64,000 bases of DNA from an uncultured Hyphomicrobiales bacterium (GTDB lineage Bacteria; Pseudomonadota; Alphaproteobacteria; Rhizobiales; TMED25), in the NCBI GenBank assembly GCA_905181735.1, contig CAJIYR010000006.1:803-64802 (forward strand), in the 5' to 3' direction. The notes below the pieces were generated by a model. The model saw nothing but the letters and a program-made list of their open reading frames with translations, was not told the origin of the DNA and did not search any database. Each line of letters begins with the position of its first letter. Within the stretch, counting starts at the first letter, position 1. Position numbers and translations under genes: made by a program. Positions 17,720 to 28,448 of this stretch are shown here, one piece after another.

Positions 17720-18676
17720 ATGGCTTCAATCGATCCAGATTTTATGGTTGAACGAAAAAGTATTAGAAGAAGATTATTTCTTTGGCGTATTTTTTCGTTT
17801 ATCTTATTATTAGCTATAGTTAGCATTTTCTTTGCAAAAGAAAAAAATTTTCAAAATACATACAATAGTCATATCGCTTCTATAGAAATCAAGGGTCTAA
17901 TTACTGGTAATAAAGAAACAGTTAACCTGTTAAGAAAAATACGTGAAAGTAATAATGTTTCTGCAGTAATTATGTATATTGATAGTCCCGGTGGTACTAC
18001 AGTTGGTGCAGAAATCCTATACGATGAATTAAGAAAACTGGGAAAAGAGAAACCTTTGGTTGCAGTTATGAATACCATGGCGACCTCTGGAGGATATATT
18101 GCTGCACTAGGTGCTGATTATATTGTAGCTAGAGGAAATACCGTTACGGGATCTATCGGTGTTCTTTTACAATGGGTAAGGATAGATGAGGGTTTAAAAA
18201 AACTTGGAATTGAAGTGAACACAGTAAAGAGTGGAGAATTGAAAGCGGAACCAGACTTTATAGGACCGGCGTCAATAGAAACAATACAAGTAACCCAAAG
18301 TCTTATCGACGATTCTTATGAATGGTTTGTTACTCTTGTTTCTGAAAGACGGAAAATGAACATCAAAAAAGCAAGAAATATATCGGACGGTAGAGTATAT
18401 TCAGGTAGACAAGCGCTAAATAATGGATTAATTGATATTGTTGGAGGCGAAGAAGAAGCGATTAATTGGCTTGTAAACATAAAAGGTATGAGTAAAGAGT
18501 TGAATGTAGTTGAGTGGGATGCACATTTAGATAAAGATATTAAAATTATACCAAGATTTGCATCTAAAGTTTTTTCATTATTTGGAATAGAACTAAAAAA
18601 TTATAGTATATTTCAAAATACAATTACCGAAGAGGGACTCGATGGTTTATTGTCTCTTTGGAATCCTGTTAATTAA
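17720..18676 (+). CDS. sppA: signal peptide peptidase SppA, 36K type (S49)
   Basis: N-terminal TM helix plus …IDSPGGT… and …MATSGGYIAAL… motifs. Confidence 0.9.
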   Translation: MASIDPDFMVERKSIRRRLFLWRIFSFILLLAIVSIFFAKEKNFQNTYNSHIASIEIKGLITGNKETVNLLRKIRESNNVSAVIMYIDSPGGTTVGAEILYDELRKLGKEKPLVAVMNTMATSGGYIAALGADYIVARGNTVTGSIGVLLQWVRIDEGLKKLGIEVNTVKSGELKAEPDFIGPASIETIQVTQSLIDDSYEWFVTLVSERRKMNIKKARNISDGRVYSGRQALNNGLIDIVGGEEEAINWLVNIKGMSKELNVVEWDAHLDKDIKIIPRFASKVFSLFGIELKNYSIFQNTITEEGLDGLLSLWNPVN

Positions 18677-18697
18677 ATTTTATGCTATGGAGGATTA

Positions 18698-18982
18698 ATG
18701 ATTAGATCGGAATTGATAAAACAATTATCAGAAGAATACCCGCATTTATATCATGGCGACATAGAAAGGATTGTTAACACTTTCTATTTGACAATATCAG
18801 AGGCATTGGCCGAAGGAAATCGTGTTGAATTAAGAGGATTTGGTGCATTTTCATTAAAAAAAAGAGAAGCAAGGGTTGGTAGAAATCCAAAATCAGGTGA
18901 ACTAGTTAATGTACCTAAAAAAGTTGTAATCTCTTACAAAGCAGGAAAAGATTTAAAGAGTCGTATGAATAATATTGATTAA
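18698..18982 (+). CDS. ihfB: integration host factor subunit beta
   Basis: 94 aa. MIRSELI…[27 protein letters not shown]… is colinear with E. coli IhfB. Confidence 0.9.
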   Translation: MIRSELIKQLSEEYPHLYHGDIERIVNTFYLTISEALAEGNRVELRGFGAFSLKKREARVGRNPKSGELVNVPKKVVISYKAGKDLKSRMNNID

Positions 18983-19011
18983 TTGCAAATAATTATTTAG
19001 GAATAATTCAC

Positions 19012-19719
19012 TTGATATTCAATAAAAAAAAATCATTATTTTGTGCATTGGACACAAAAGATTTATCGCTAGCAGTAAGTCTGGTTAATACAGTTAAAGG
19101 CCACATAGATGGAATAAAAATTGGCCTAGAAGCCTATTATTCTATCGGTATAGAAGGTTATAGACAATTGGAAGAAATTGGAATTCCAATTTTTTTAGAT
19201 TTAAAATTACATGATATTCCTAATACGGTTCATTCTGCAATAAAAGCCTTATTACCATTAAAACCAGCGATATTAAATATCCATGCTAGTGGTGGAGAAA
19301 AGATGATGAAATCCGCCGTAGAGGCAATATCTGATAGCTCTGGTCACAAGCCTTTGCTAATTGGTGTTACAGTGTTAACAAGCTTAGATAGCGATGATTT
19401 AATAAAAATTGGTGTAAATGGCGATAGTAATGATCAAGCCTTGAGATTAGCTGAGCTTGCAAAAAATTCAGGATTAGATGGAGTAGTTTGTAGTCCTTTT
19501 GAGGCTGCTAGCATTAAAGAAATTTGCGGTAACGATTTCATTACTATTGTTCCTGGAATTAGACCAAAGGGTTCTGATGCCAATGATCAAAAAAGATTTA
19601 TGACACCACATCAAGCAATAAATAACGGAGCTGATATAATTGTAATTGGTAGACCTATAACTGCTTCGGAGGATCCGTTAAAAGCGGTAATAGGAATTCG
19701 TGAAGATATGAATATATGA
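19012..19719 (+). CDS. pyrF: orotidine-5'-phosphate decarboxylase
   Basis: Motifs …FCALDTKD…, …FLDLKLHDIPNT… and …IVIGRPIT…; TTG start. Confidence 0.9.
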   Translation: MIFNKKKSLFCALDTKDLSLAVSLVNTVKGHIDGIKIGLEAYYSIGIEGYRQLEEIGIPIFLDLKLHDIPNTVHSAIKALLPLKPAILNIHASGGEKMMKSAVEAISDSSGHKPLLIGVTVLTSLDSDDLIKIGVNGDSNDQALRLAELAKNSGLDGVVCSPFEAASIKEICGNDFITIVPGIRPKGSDANDQKRFMTPHQAINNGADIIVIGRPITASEDPLKAVIGIREDMNI

Positions 19720-20360
19720 AATACAAGATTGGTATAAAAATATGCGGTTTAAAAGAGCAATATGCCATTGAATCTTCCGTTGAGAATGCCGTAGATATGT
19801 TAGGTTTTGTATTTTATGAAGATAGCCCAAGAAATCTAGATTTTAGTTTAGCAAAAAAATTATTTACTATCGTGCCAAATAATATTAGTTCTGTCGCATT
19901 ATTGGTTAACCCAACAGATGATTATTTAAAAAAAATAATTAATGAAGTTGGTATAAATATAATTCAATTACATGGCCAAGAAACCCCAGAAAGAACTGCA
20001 GAAATAAAGAATGTTTATAATTTTGATATTATTAAAGCTTTTTCTGTTAAAAATCTAAAAAGTATTGAAAATTGTCACTTATACAAAAAAAGTGTAAGTA
20101 AATTTTTGTTTGATGCAGAGCCGCCGTTAAATTCACGTCGTCCAGGTGGCAATGGGACTAGTTTTGATTGGAAAATCTTAAAAAATTATACTACTAATAT
20201 ACCTTGGATTTTATCAGGAGGTCTTAATCCAGATAATATTAAAAAGGCAATAGAAGTATCAGGAGCTAATTTTGTTGACGTTTCATCTGGTGTAGAGAGT
20301 GAAAGTGGAATAAAAGATATTGATCTAATTAATAAATTTGTTAAGCATGCAAGGCAATAA
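19716..20360 (+). CDS. trpF: phosphoribosylanthranilate isomerase
   Basis: Motifs …KICGLK…, …LGFVFYEDSPR… and …LSGGLNPDN…. ATGA overlap with pyrF. Confidence 0.9.
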   Translation: MKYKIGIKICGLKEQYAIESSVENAVDMLGFVFYEDSPRNLDFSLAKKLFTIVPNNISSVALLVNPTDDYLKKIINEVGINIIQLHGQETPERTAEIKNVYNFDIIKAFSVKNLKSIENCHLYKKSVSKFLFDAEPPLNSRRPGGNGTSFDWKILKNYTTNIPWILSGGLNPDNIKKAIEVSGANFVDVSSGVESESGIKDIDLINKFVKHARQ

Positions 20361-20380
20361 CACTATGAAGGAATTTTCTC

Positions 20381-21598
20381 ATGGATAATGAACAAAAAAA
20401 TTCATATAAATCTGGACCTGATGAAAATGGTAGGTTTGGAATATTTGGAGGAAGATTTGTTGCTGAAACTCTCATGCCATTAATTTTAGAACTTGAAAAA
20501 TCCTACAATAAAGCTAAAGAAGACATTGAATTCCTTGAAGAATTGAATGAATTAAATTCAAAATATGCAGGAAGACCAAGTCCATTATATTATGCGGAAA
20601 GGTTAACCGAACACTTAGGCGGTGCAAAGATATATTTTAAGCGTGATGAATTAAATCATACCGGTAGTCACAAGATAAATAATTGTCTTGGACAGATTCT
20701 ATTGGCGAGAAGAATGGGTAAAAAGCGTATCATTGCTGAGACAGGTGCTGGGCAGCATGGAGTAGCTGTCGCTACGGTTGCCGCTAGATTTGGCTTGCCT
20801 TGCGTGATATATATGGGTGCAACTGATATAGAGAGACAAAAACCAAATTTATTTAGAATGAAGTTGTTGGGTGCTGAAGTTATTCCTGTTACATCAGGAA
20901 CGGGGACCTTAAAAGATGCTATGAATGAAGCATTGAGAGATTGGGTAACGAATGTTGATGACACTTTTTATATTATAGGAACTGTTGCTGGACCTCATCC
21001 TTATCCAGCCATGGTAAGAGATTTTCAATCTGTGATTGGGACCGAAGCAAAAGAACAAATCCTTAGTGCGGAAGGCAGGTTACCTGACTATCTAATGGCA
21101 TGCATTGGGGGTGGTTCTAACGCTATGGGTCTTTTTTATCCATTTTTAGATGATGTAAGCGTTGAAATGATAGGAGTGGAAGCTGGCGGTAAAGGGGTTG
21201 AAACAGAAGAGCACTGCGCAAGCCTTACGGCAGGAAAGCCGGGAGTGCTTCATGGTAATAGAACTTATTTACTTCAAAATTCAGATGGACAAATTACCGA
21301 AGGACATTCTATATCTGCGGGATTAGATTATCCTGGGATTGGTCCTGAGCATGCTTGGTTAAAAGATATTGGTAGAGTTCAATATGTAGCAATTACTGAC
21401 CAAGAGGCTCTCGAGGCTTTTAAAGTATGCACTAGATTAGAGGGTATAATACCTGCTTTAGAACCATCACATGCAATAGCGCATTTAATAAAAATAGCTC
21501 CAGAAATGTCACGAGATAAGCTTATTATTGTTAATCTTTGTGGACGAGGAGATAAGGATATTTTTGCAATTGCTGAACATTTAAATATGGCAATATAA
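20381..21598 (+). CDS. trpB: tryptophan synthase beta chain
   Basis: Motifs …[16 protein letters not shown]…, …[11 protein letters not shown]… (PLP Lys) and …GGGSNAMG…. Confidence 0.97.
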   Translation: MDNEQKNSYKSGPDENGRFGIFGGRFVAETLMPLILELEKSYNKAKEDIEFLEELNELNSKYAGRPSPLYYAERLTEHLGGAKIYFKRDELNHTGSHKINNCLGQILLARRMGKKRIIAETGAGQHGVAVATVAARFGLPCVIYMGATDIERQKPNLFRMKLLGAEVIPVTSGTGTLKDAMNEALRDWVTNVDDTFYIIGTVAGPHPYPAMVRDFQSVIGTEAKEQILSAEGRLPDYLMACIGGGSNAMGLFYPFLDDVSVEMIGVEAGGKGVETEEHCASLTAGKPGVLHGNRTYLLQNSDGQITEGHSISAGLDYPGIGPEHAWLKDIGRVQYVAITDQEALEAFKVCTRLEGIIPALEPSHAIAHLIKIAPEMSRDKLIIVNLCGRGDKDIFAIAEHLNMAI

Positions 21599-21600
21599 CA

Positions 21601-22404
21601 ATGATAAAAACAAGAATTGATAAATGCTTTGATATTTTAAAAGCCAAGAATAAAAAAGGCTTGGTTACATTTATAACTGCAGGAGATCCAAACTATAAGA
21701 CATCGTTAGAAATACTAAAGAGATTGCCATCAGCGGGAGCTAACATGATAGAGCTTGGTATGCCATTTACGGATCCGATGGCTGATGGGCCAGCAATACA
21801 GGCTTCATCATTAAGGGCTCTGAAATCTGGCCAAAATATGATCAAGACACTTGAATTAGTCAGAGAATTTCGTGAAACTAATCAAGAAACACCGATTATA
21901 TTAATGGGTTATTACAATCCAATCTATGCGTACGGTAACGATCAATTTCTAGAAGATGCGTTTAGAGTAGGTGTTGATGGCTTGATTATTGTTGATTTGC
22001 CACCAGAAGAAGATGACGAACTTTGCCTTAAAGCTATAGAAATGGGTATTTCTTTCATAAGGCTAGCAACTCCAACAACAGATGAAAAAAGACTAGGTAG
22101 TGTTTTAAAAAATACCTCTGGATTTTTATATTATGTCTCAATATCAGGTATAACAGGTACAGCTACACCGAATATAAATAAGGTAAAAGATGCAATTATA
22201 AGAATAAAGAATAATACAGATCTTCCTATCGCTATTGGTTTTGGTGTAAAAACAAAACAAAATGTTGAAGATATGTCAAAGATCGCGGATGCTGTAATTG
22301 TTGGTTCAGCATTGGTAAGTTTGATGAATAACGAGGATAAAACTGACGCCTCTATTATCAAAGACGTCCTAGACAAAGTTATTGAATTGGGAAAAGGTTT
22401 ATAG
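21601..22404 (+). CDS. trpA: tryptophan synthase alpha chain
   Basis: Motifs …[17 protein letters not shown]… and …GFGV…. Confidence 0.95.
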   Translation: MIKTRIDKCFDILKAKNKKGLVTFITAGDPNYKTSLEILKRLPSAGANMIELGMPFTDPMADGPAIQASSLRALKSGQNMIKTLELVREFRETNQETPIILMGYYNPIYAYGNDQFLEDAFRVGVDGLIIVDLPPEEDDELCLKAIEMGISFIRLATPTTDEKRLGSVLKNTSGFLYYVSISGITGTATPNINKVKDAIIRIKNNTDLPIAIGFGVKTKQNVEDMSKIADAVIVGSALVSLMNNEDKTDASIIKDVLDKVIELGKGL

Positions 22405-22444
22405 ATTTTTTTTAAATAATTTTAGAAGTAAGAAAAATAAGAAA

Positions 22445-23299
22445 ATGAATTGGATAAATAACGTAGTTCGACCAAAAATAAAGGGGATTTTATCAAAAAG
22501 AGATACTCCGAATAATTTATGGATAAAGTGTCCTGAAACTGGGCAAATGGTTTTTCATAGCGATTTAGAAGAAAATCAATGGGTTATGCCAGGATCAGAG
22601 TATCATATGAAGATACCAGCAAAAAAAAGATTAGAGTTTTTTTATGATAATGGAAATTTTGAGTTAATAGAAACAAAAGAAATTAAATTAGATCCATTAA
22701 AATTTAAAGACGAAAAAAGATATATTGATCGATTAAAAGACGCGCGAAAAAAAACTGGTATGGATGATGCCGTAATAATTGCTAAAGGCCTATTGAACGA
22801 CCGTCCTACCATTTCTATTGTACAAGATTTTGCATTCATGGGAGGTTCTCTTGGGATGGCAGCGGGTGAAGCAATAATTAACGCAATGTCAACTGCTGTG
22901 AAGAATAAAATTCCTGTAGTCTTATTTTCTGCCGCGGGAGGTGCTCGTATGCAAGAAGGAATACTATCGCTTATGCAAATGCCAAGAACTACAGTAGCAG
23001 TTCAACAGCTAAACGAAGCGGGTTTGCCATATGTTGTTGTTTTAACTAATCCTACAACAGGTGGTGTTACGGCTTCCTATGCTATGCTTGGAGATGTGCA
23101 CATTGCAGAACCGGGCGCATTGATTGGCTTTGCTGGCCCAAGAGTGATAGAACAAACAATAAAAGAGAAATTACCAGAGGGATTCCAAAGAGCGGAATAT
23201 TTATTGGAACACGGTATGATTGATATGGTTGTGCACAGGCATGAATTACGAGATAAATTAATAACAATATTCAGTCATTTAAACCTACAAAAACAATAG
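22445..23299 (+). CDS. accD: acetyl-CoA carboxylase carboxyltransferase beta subunit
   Basis: Motifs …[12 protein letters not shown]…[18 protein letters not shown]… and …FMGGSLG…. The start is moved to ATG 22445, because the track's TTG 22382 overlaps trpA. Confidence 0.9.
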   Translation: MNWINNVVRPKIKGILSKRDTPNNLWIKCPETGQMVFHSDLEENQWVMPGSEYHMKIPAKKRLEFFYDNGNFELIETKEIKLDPLKFKDEKRYIDRLKDARKKTGMDDAVIIAKGLLNDRPTISIVQDFAFMGGSLGMAAGEAIINAMSTAVKNKIPVVLFSAAGGARMQEGILSLMQMPRTTVAVQQLNEAGLPYVVVLTNPTTGGVTASYAMLGDVHIAEPGALIGFAGPRVIEQTIKEKLPEGFQRAEYLLEHGMIDMVVHRHELRDKLITIFSHLNLQKQ

Positions 23300-23339
23300 A
23301 AGAAATTAATTATAAAAATTCCATTTAGAGAGAAATAAA

Positions 23340-24653
23340 ATGTCTATTGAAAATATTAATTCAATACTTCAGCGTTTTATTCTTTTGCACCCACAATTAA
23401 TTGACTTGTCTCTAGATAGAATTGTAAGTCTAACTAAAAAATTAGGTAATCCAGAAAAAAATATAAAGAATATAATTCATGTTGCAGGTACTAATGGTAA
23501 GGGTTCTACTATTGCCTACCTAGCTGCGTCATTAAGCGCCGCTGGGGAGAAAGTAGATTGCTATACATCGCCACATCTTGTGGAATTTAATGAGAGAATT
23601 AAAATAGGTACTAATGGAAAGCAGGTACCTATTTCTAACGAAGACCTACAAGACATTCTTCTTGAATGTGAGAAAATGAACAATAAATCACCAATAACAA
23701 TTTTTGAGATTACGACGGTAGCAGCTTTTTTGCATTTTTCTAGAACAGGATCTGATTACCTTTTACTTGAAACTGGATTAGGCGGTAGGTTGGATGCAAC
23801 GAATATTATTGATAAGCCACTTATTACAATAATAACGCCCATAAGCATTGACCATCAAGATTTTCTAGGGAAATCAATTAAAGAAATAGCATTTGAAAAG
23901 GCTGGTATATTAAAGAAAGGTGTGCCTGCAATAATTGGGCCTCAAGAAACAGATGCCCATCTTGTGATAGAAGAAAGAGCTCATGAATTAAAATCTTCAT
24001 TAATTAAATGGGGGACAGATTTTATAGCTTATGAACAGAATGGTAATTTAATCTATGAGGATGGTTATGGTTTACTAGATTTGCCAATGCCTGCACTGGA
24101 AGGTGATCATCAAGTTATAAATGCTGGTACTGCGATCGCTGCGTTAAGGAATGCCTCTAAAAGGACTACAGATAAAAGATATATAGCAGAAGGTATGCTG
24201 AACGTTGAATGGCCAGCAAGATTAGAACGTCTAGAAAACGGAAGTTTAAATAAATTTATGTTAGAAGGATCAGAGTTATGGCTTGATGGTGGCCACAATA
24301 CATCTGCTGCGAAGGTGATATCGAAGGCTATGAAAAATCTCAACGACAGAAATCCAATGCCGCTCATTATGATAGTTGGTATGATGCAAAGTAAGGATAG
24401 CAAATCGTTTTTAAGTCATTTTTCTGGCATTTGTAATAAGGTAGTAGCTATAAATATTCCAGATCAAAATAATGCCCAAGACGCGAGATCAATAGAGATA
24501 AATGCCTGTGATTTGGGAATAAAAGCATCTATTGCGCAAGATATAAAGCAGGCAATAAAAGTAGATAATAAAAATAAAGTTAGAATATTGATTGTTGGAT
24601 CATTATATTTGGCAGGTCATGTTCTTAAGGTGCAGAAAGAAACTGGTCGATAA
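23340..24653 (+). CDS. folC: bifunctional folylpolyglutamate synthase / dihydrofolate synthase
   Basis: Mur-ligase P-loop …HVAGTNGKGST… in the FolC layout. Confidence 0.9.
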   Translation: MSIENINSILQRFILLHPQLIDLSLDRIVSLTKKLGNPEKNIKNIIHVAGTNGKGSTIAYLAASLSAAGEKVDCYTSPHLVEFNERIKIGTNGKQVPISNEDLQDILLECEKMNNKSPITIFEITTVAAFLHFSRTGSDYLLLETGLGGRLDATNIIDKPLITIITPISIDHQDFLGKSIKEIAFEKAGILKKGVPAIIGPQETDAHLVIEERAHELKSSLIKWGTDFIAYEQNGNLIYEDGYGLLDLPMPALEGDHQVINAGTAIAALRNASKRTTDKRYIAEGMLNVEWPARLERLENGSLNKFMLEGSELWLDGGHNTSAAKVISKAMKNLNDRNPMPLIMIVGMMQSKDSKSFLSHFSGICNKVVAINIPDQNNAQDARSIEINACDLGIKASIAQDIKQAIKVDNKNKVRILIVGSLYLAGHVLKVQKETGR

Positions 24654-24661
24654 TTATAAAT

Positions 24662-24982
24662 TTAAATCGTTTCTTCAATCCATTCAACTATCTTGCTTTT
24701 TGGATAGGATCCAACTTTTGTAGATACTAATTCCAATTTTTTAAATAATAATAAAGTCGGGATACCTCTTATGCCATATTTGCTTGGTGTAATTGGATTT
24801 TCATCAATATTAATTTTTATAATATGAATTTTATCTGCATATTCCAATGATATTTCTTCTAATATTGGCGCGATTTGCTTGCATGGTCCACACCACTCAG
24901 CCCAAAAATCTACCAAGACAAGCTTATCCGAGTTTAATAATTCAGTATCAAAATTTTCATCATTTATTTGTTTTGTAGGCAT
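24662..24982 (-). CDS. trxA: thioredoxin
   Basis: 106 aa with …DFWAEWCGPCK… and …GIRGIPTLLLF…. Confidence 0.95.
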   Translation of the reverse strand: MPTKQINDENFDTELLNSDKLVLVDFWAEWCGPCKQIAPILEEISLEYADKIHIIKINIDENPITPSKYGIRGIPTLLLFKKLELVSTKVGSYPKSKIVEWIEETI

Positions 24983-25038
24983 TTTTTTCTCCTCATTCCA
25001 ATTATTTTTTAGATTAGAGATTAATCAATTATTGTCAA

Positions 25039-26460
25039 CTAGGCTGACTGGTATTTAATTTCAATTTCCTCTATAAACTCGTTTATTTCATTCATTAGAT
25101 TTAAGGATTCAATATCATTATTATTTTCATATTTAACCCTAAGGTTGTCAAGTTCATTATATGTCTTTGGTATTGTATTCCATTTCTCATCACTAGTGCT
25201 TAGAATTTTTTCTGCTATAGCTCTGTGAATAAGATTATAATCTTCTTTTGGTAAAAGGTTTGGATTTTCTTCGTAGATTATTTTTTTAGCAAAGTATATA
25301 TAACGTTCTTGTGAAAATTTATTTGCTATATTAAGTTTTTCATCCCATTTAGCATTATAAAATTTTTCCATATTTTGTTTGTCTATAGAGGAGGCAAACC
25401 CTCCAGAATAAATGCTTTCTTCAGCTAAAATATCTATTTGGGAGACCTGTGAATCCTTATCTTCAGACTGATCGGATAATATATTTATTATTTTTTTTAT
25501 AAATTCAGGGTTAGACCTTATCTTCTGAGCTCTTTCTGTCAGGATTTTAAATCCTATTTTTTCATAGGATGGAAAATTTTCGGCGTAGGTTTTGTCCATA
25601 ATAACTGGATTTTTATTATTTTTTACACTGCGTAAAAATTTAGGACTTTTATTTAACTCTACCTTTAGCTCGTCCTTATTTAAATAAATAAAGTCTTCAG
25701 GATCATTTTTTAAATCAAAGCATTGAGGGTAATGGTATTTCGGGTGATAGCATATAAAACTCGTTACATACGGGTATGCTTTTCCATAATAAAATTCACT
25801 AAAGCAGAAAAAATCACTTTTTTCGACCAATAGGTTTGTCTCATTTTTAGAAGAAGTCAAAAGGCTTTTCTCCCATAGCTCAGGTATTTTTTCTGAAACT
25901 ATTTTTGCAATTGCTATTGTTGCTTCTACATCTGCCATAGCATCGTGAGCATCACCGTGCTCGATTCCATTTAAGGGTGCTATTTTGTCTAACTTAAAGA
26001 CGGGGTTACCTTTCTCGCTTAATGGCGTTTTAATACAATTTGGATAATATAAATTTGAGGATCTAGCTATACCTAGGACATCAGCTCTTTGGTTTCCTTC
26101 TGTATTAGTTAAATAAGGCTGTCTTAAATTTTGAAAAAGAGCATTTCTAACAAACTCTTCATCAAAGCTTATGGAATTATATCCAATAAATATTGCAGGA
26201 GACCATTTTTTAAAAATAGCCATCATTTCGTTAATTAATTTAAAATGCGATAGATTTGAGTTCTTTAACATTAATGGGGTTGTTTTATTTACAATTAAGG
26301 CTCCTGGTTCTGGGATAAGTCCGGGTCTTAATGAACATCTAGACTCATATCTATCCAATTCTTCAAAATTGTTATTTACAAGAATCGCTCCTACCTGAAT
26401 TATTTGATCCCAAATTGCACTTCTGCCTGTAGTTTCTAAATCGTAAAATACGAAGTTCAT
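25039..26460 (-). CDS. sbcB: exodeoxyribonuclease I
   Basis: DEDDh exonuclease N-domain (…FYDLETTG…, …GYNSISFDEEF…, …HDAMADV…) plus the SH3-like/helical C-domains. The length is typical of ExoI. Confidence 0.85.
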   Translation of the reverse strand: MNFVFYDLETTGRSAIWDQIIQVGAILVNNNFEELDRYESRCSLRPGLIPEPGALIVNKTTPLMLKNSNLSHFKLINEMMAIFKKWSPAIFIGYNSISFDEEFVRNALFQNLRQPYLTNTEGNQRADVLGIARSSNLYYPNCIKTPLSEKGNPVFKLDKIAPLNGIEHGDAHDAMADVEATIAIAKIVSEKIPELWEKSLLTSSKNETNLLVEKSDFFCFSEFYYGKAYPYVTSFICYHPKYHYPQCFDLKNDPEDFIYLNKDELKVELNKSPKFLRSVKNNKNPVIMDKTYAENFPSYEKIGFKILTERAQKIRSNPEFIKKIINILSDQSEDKDSQVSQIDILAEESIYSGGFASSIDKQNMEKFYNAKWDEKLNIANKFSQERYIYFAKKIIYEENPNLLPKEDYNLIHRAIAEKILSTSDEKWNTIPKTYNELDNLRVKYENNNDIESLNLMNEINEFIEEIEIKYQSA

Positions 26461-26487
26461 TGCTAATCCTTTAATTTTTTTAAAATA

Positions 26488-27207
26488 TTATAACATATTT
26501 TCTGCAATTTTTAGAGCATCTTTAGTTCCTGTATGGACCCATGTTAGATTCCCTTCTATTCCAAAACATCTATTATTTTTTATAGAAACATCCCAAGCTT
26601 CATTTAATGAAAATACTCTTTTTTCTATTTGTTCAAGAATTTTTGGTTGCATAATTGATATTCCTATGTTCACGAAAGGTTTTTCATTTTGATTTTTGTC
26701 AAACCTCTTAATCATATTATTTTCTGTTAAGTAAAAATCGCCAATTCCACTATAACCAATGGATTCATCAATAGTAGAAATTCCTAATAAGAAGTCCATT
26801 TTCTCCTGATTAAAGCTTTTCTTTAATTTATTCAACATTGGTATATAATTATCAAATAACATAGCGTCACAATTTATTACATATATAGGTTGATCTGTTT
26901 TTGCTCCTAGGGCATATTTTATTCCTCCGCCTGTATCAAGGATTTCATCTCTTTCTTGGGATATAAATATTTTATAATCTGTTCTCTTGTTTAAATGTTC
27001 GGTTAATTTCTCTGATAGATAATGTGTGTTAATAAATATTTTTTTGATATTTATTTCATGTAACGGGTCTATGAGATGGTCTATTAAAGGTTTGTTTTTT
27101 AATTTTATTAACGGTTTTGGAGAATTTTTTGTTAAAGGCAATAGCCTTTTACCATAACCTGCAGCTAAGATAAAAATCTGCTCTATTTGATTTATCTTGG
27201 TGTTCAT
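26488..27207 (-). CDS. nucleotidyltransferase (MurU-like sugar-1-phosphate nucleotidylyltransferase)
   Basis: N-terminus …ILAAGYGKRLLPLTKNSPKPLI…; 239 aa. Confidence 0.75.
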   Translation of the reverse strand: MNTKINQIEQIFILAAGYGKRLLPLTKNSPKPLIKLKNKPLIDHLIDPLHEINIKKIFINTHYLSEKLTEHLNKRTDYKIFISQERDEILDTGGGIKYALGAKTDQPIYVINCDAMLFDNYIPMLNKLKKSFNQEKMDFLLGISTIDESIGYSGIGDFYLTENNMIKRFDKNQNEKPFVNIGISIMQPKILEQIEKRVFSLNEAWDVSIKNNRCFGIEGNLTWVHTGTKDALKIAENML

Positions 27208-27209
27208 AT

Positions 27210-28448
27210 TTAATCTTGTAATTTTTTTATAATTTTAATACTAATAGAATTATCAATTTGAATTTGCTGTTCAAATGCATGTAGACGCTTAAATATTGAT
27301 ATTAATTCAATAATGGTTGGCCAGGCGTTGACAATATATTGAAAAGAATTAGATACTTGGCCGAACGCTGTTAATATTTGTTGTAATATCCCAAAAGTAA
27401 TTTTCCCAGCAACAATTGTTGGAATTAAAATTAAATAAGAAAAAATATTATCAGCCTGAATGTAAAAACTTCTAGCAATATTGAAATATAGATAATGAAA
27501 GTATAGTCTAAAGTAATTTTTTCTAACATTATCAAATAATTCATAAATGGTTGCTGGTTTTGCTCTATCTTCATTGTCTTCACCATAAACCAGTTCTTTT
27601 CTTAATGAGGCTTCGACTTTTTGGTTACGAAACTCAAGACCTGGAAGTTTTATCCCAACTATAGCTAGAAAAACGGTTCCAAATAATGACCAAAAAATTG
27701 CTGCATTGACTAAAGGTGCTGGTATTTGACCAAATATCGGTACTGTGTTTACATATTCTGAAAGTGCTAACAAAACTGGTAAAAATGCAATCAGCGTCAT
27801 AATAGAGTCAACTATCGATACCCCTAGGCCTTCCATTATACCCGCAAATCGCATTGTATCTTCTTGGACTCTTTGTGCAGCGCCTTCTACATGCCTTAAT
27901 TTTGTCCAATATTCTGTGTAGTAAAAATTCATAGCCGTTCTCCATCTAAATATGTAATGGCTAACAAAGAATCTAGTTATAACAAAAACGGTAAGGGACA
28001 AGAAGGCTATTTGTGCGAAAATAAAGATTAATTGGTATAAATCTGATGCTAAAACTGTTTCCTGACCCGTCAAGGCACTTTGTACAGAGTCAAAGAAAGG
28101 TCTTCTCCAATTGTTTATTGCTACCATAACTTGAACATTAAAGTAAGTTGCAAATAGTATAAAAGAGGATCCTAAAATTGACCAATATTGCCATTTGTGG
28201 GGTGAAAATTTAAGCCAAGAATAGAAGAAAATCAATGTAGATAATGCGTAATATATATAAAATAATATAAATTCAGTAGTTATAAAGTGATTTAATCCTA
28301 TAGCAGGTTCTTCTGGTTTGGATAAATTAAATCCTATATATTCTCCAAAAGATTTTGCTAAGGTAAACCAGATTATTGTACATAATGAAATCCAAATAGT
28401 GCCCGATGTAAAAAAAAGTAAAGGTCTTGGGAAAAAGCATTTAAACAT
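27210..28448 (-). CDS. sbmA: SbmA/BacA-family peptide uptake transporter
   Basis: Colinear by eye with E. coli SbmA: MFKCFFPRP…, …[12 protein letters not shown]…, …[12 protein letters not shown]…, …[19 protein letters not shown]…, …[18 protein letters not shown]…. Confidence 0.9.
   Translation of the reverse strand: MFKCFFPRPLLFFTSGTIWISLCTIIWFTLAKSFGEYIGFNLSKPEEPAIGLNHFITTEFILFYIYYALSTLIFFYSWLKFSPHKWQYWSILGSSFILFATYFNVQVMVAINNWRRPFFDSVQSALTGQETVLASDLYQLIFIFAQIAFLSLTVFVITRFFVSHYIFRWRTAMNFYYTEYWTKLRHVEGAAQRVQEDTMRFAGIMEGLGVSIVDSIMTLIAFLPVLLALSEYVNTVPIFGQIPAPLVNAAIFWSLFGTVFLAIVGIKLPGLEFRNQKVEASLRKELVYGEDNEDRAKPATIYELFDNVRKNYFRLYFHYLYFNIARSFYIQADNIFSYLILIPTIVAGKITFGILQQILTAFGQVSNSFQYIVNAWPTIIELISIFKRLHAFEQQIQIDNSISIKIIKKLQD

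Noticed and set aside
22445-22600. AccD lacking the N-terminal Cys4 zinc finger (…[17 protein letters not shown]…PGSEYHM…)
   Set aside because: As far as I recall this is the normal state in alphaproteobacterial AccD, so it is not a novelty.
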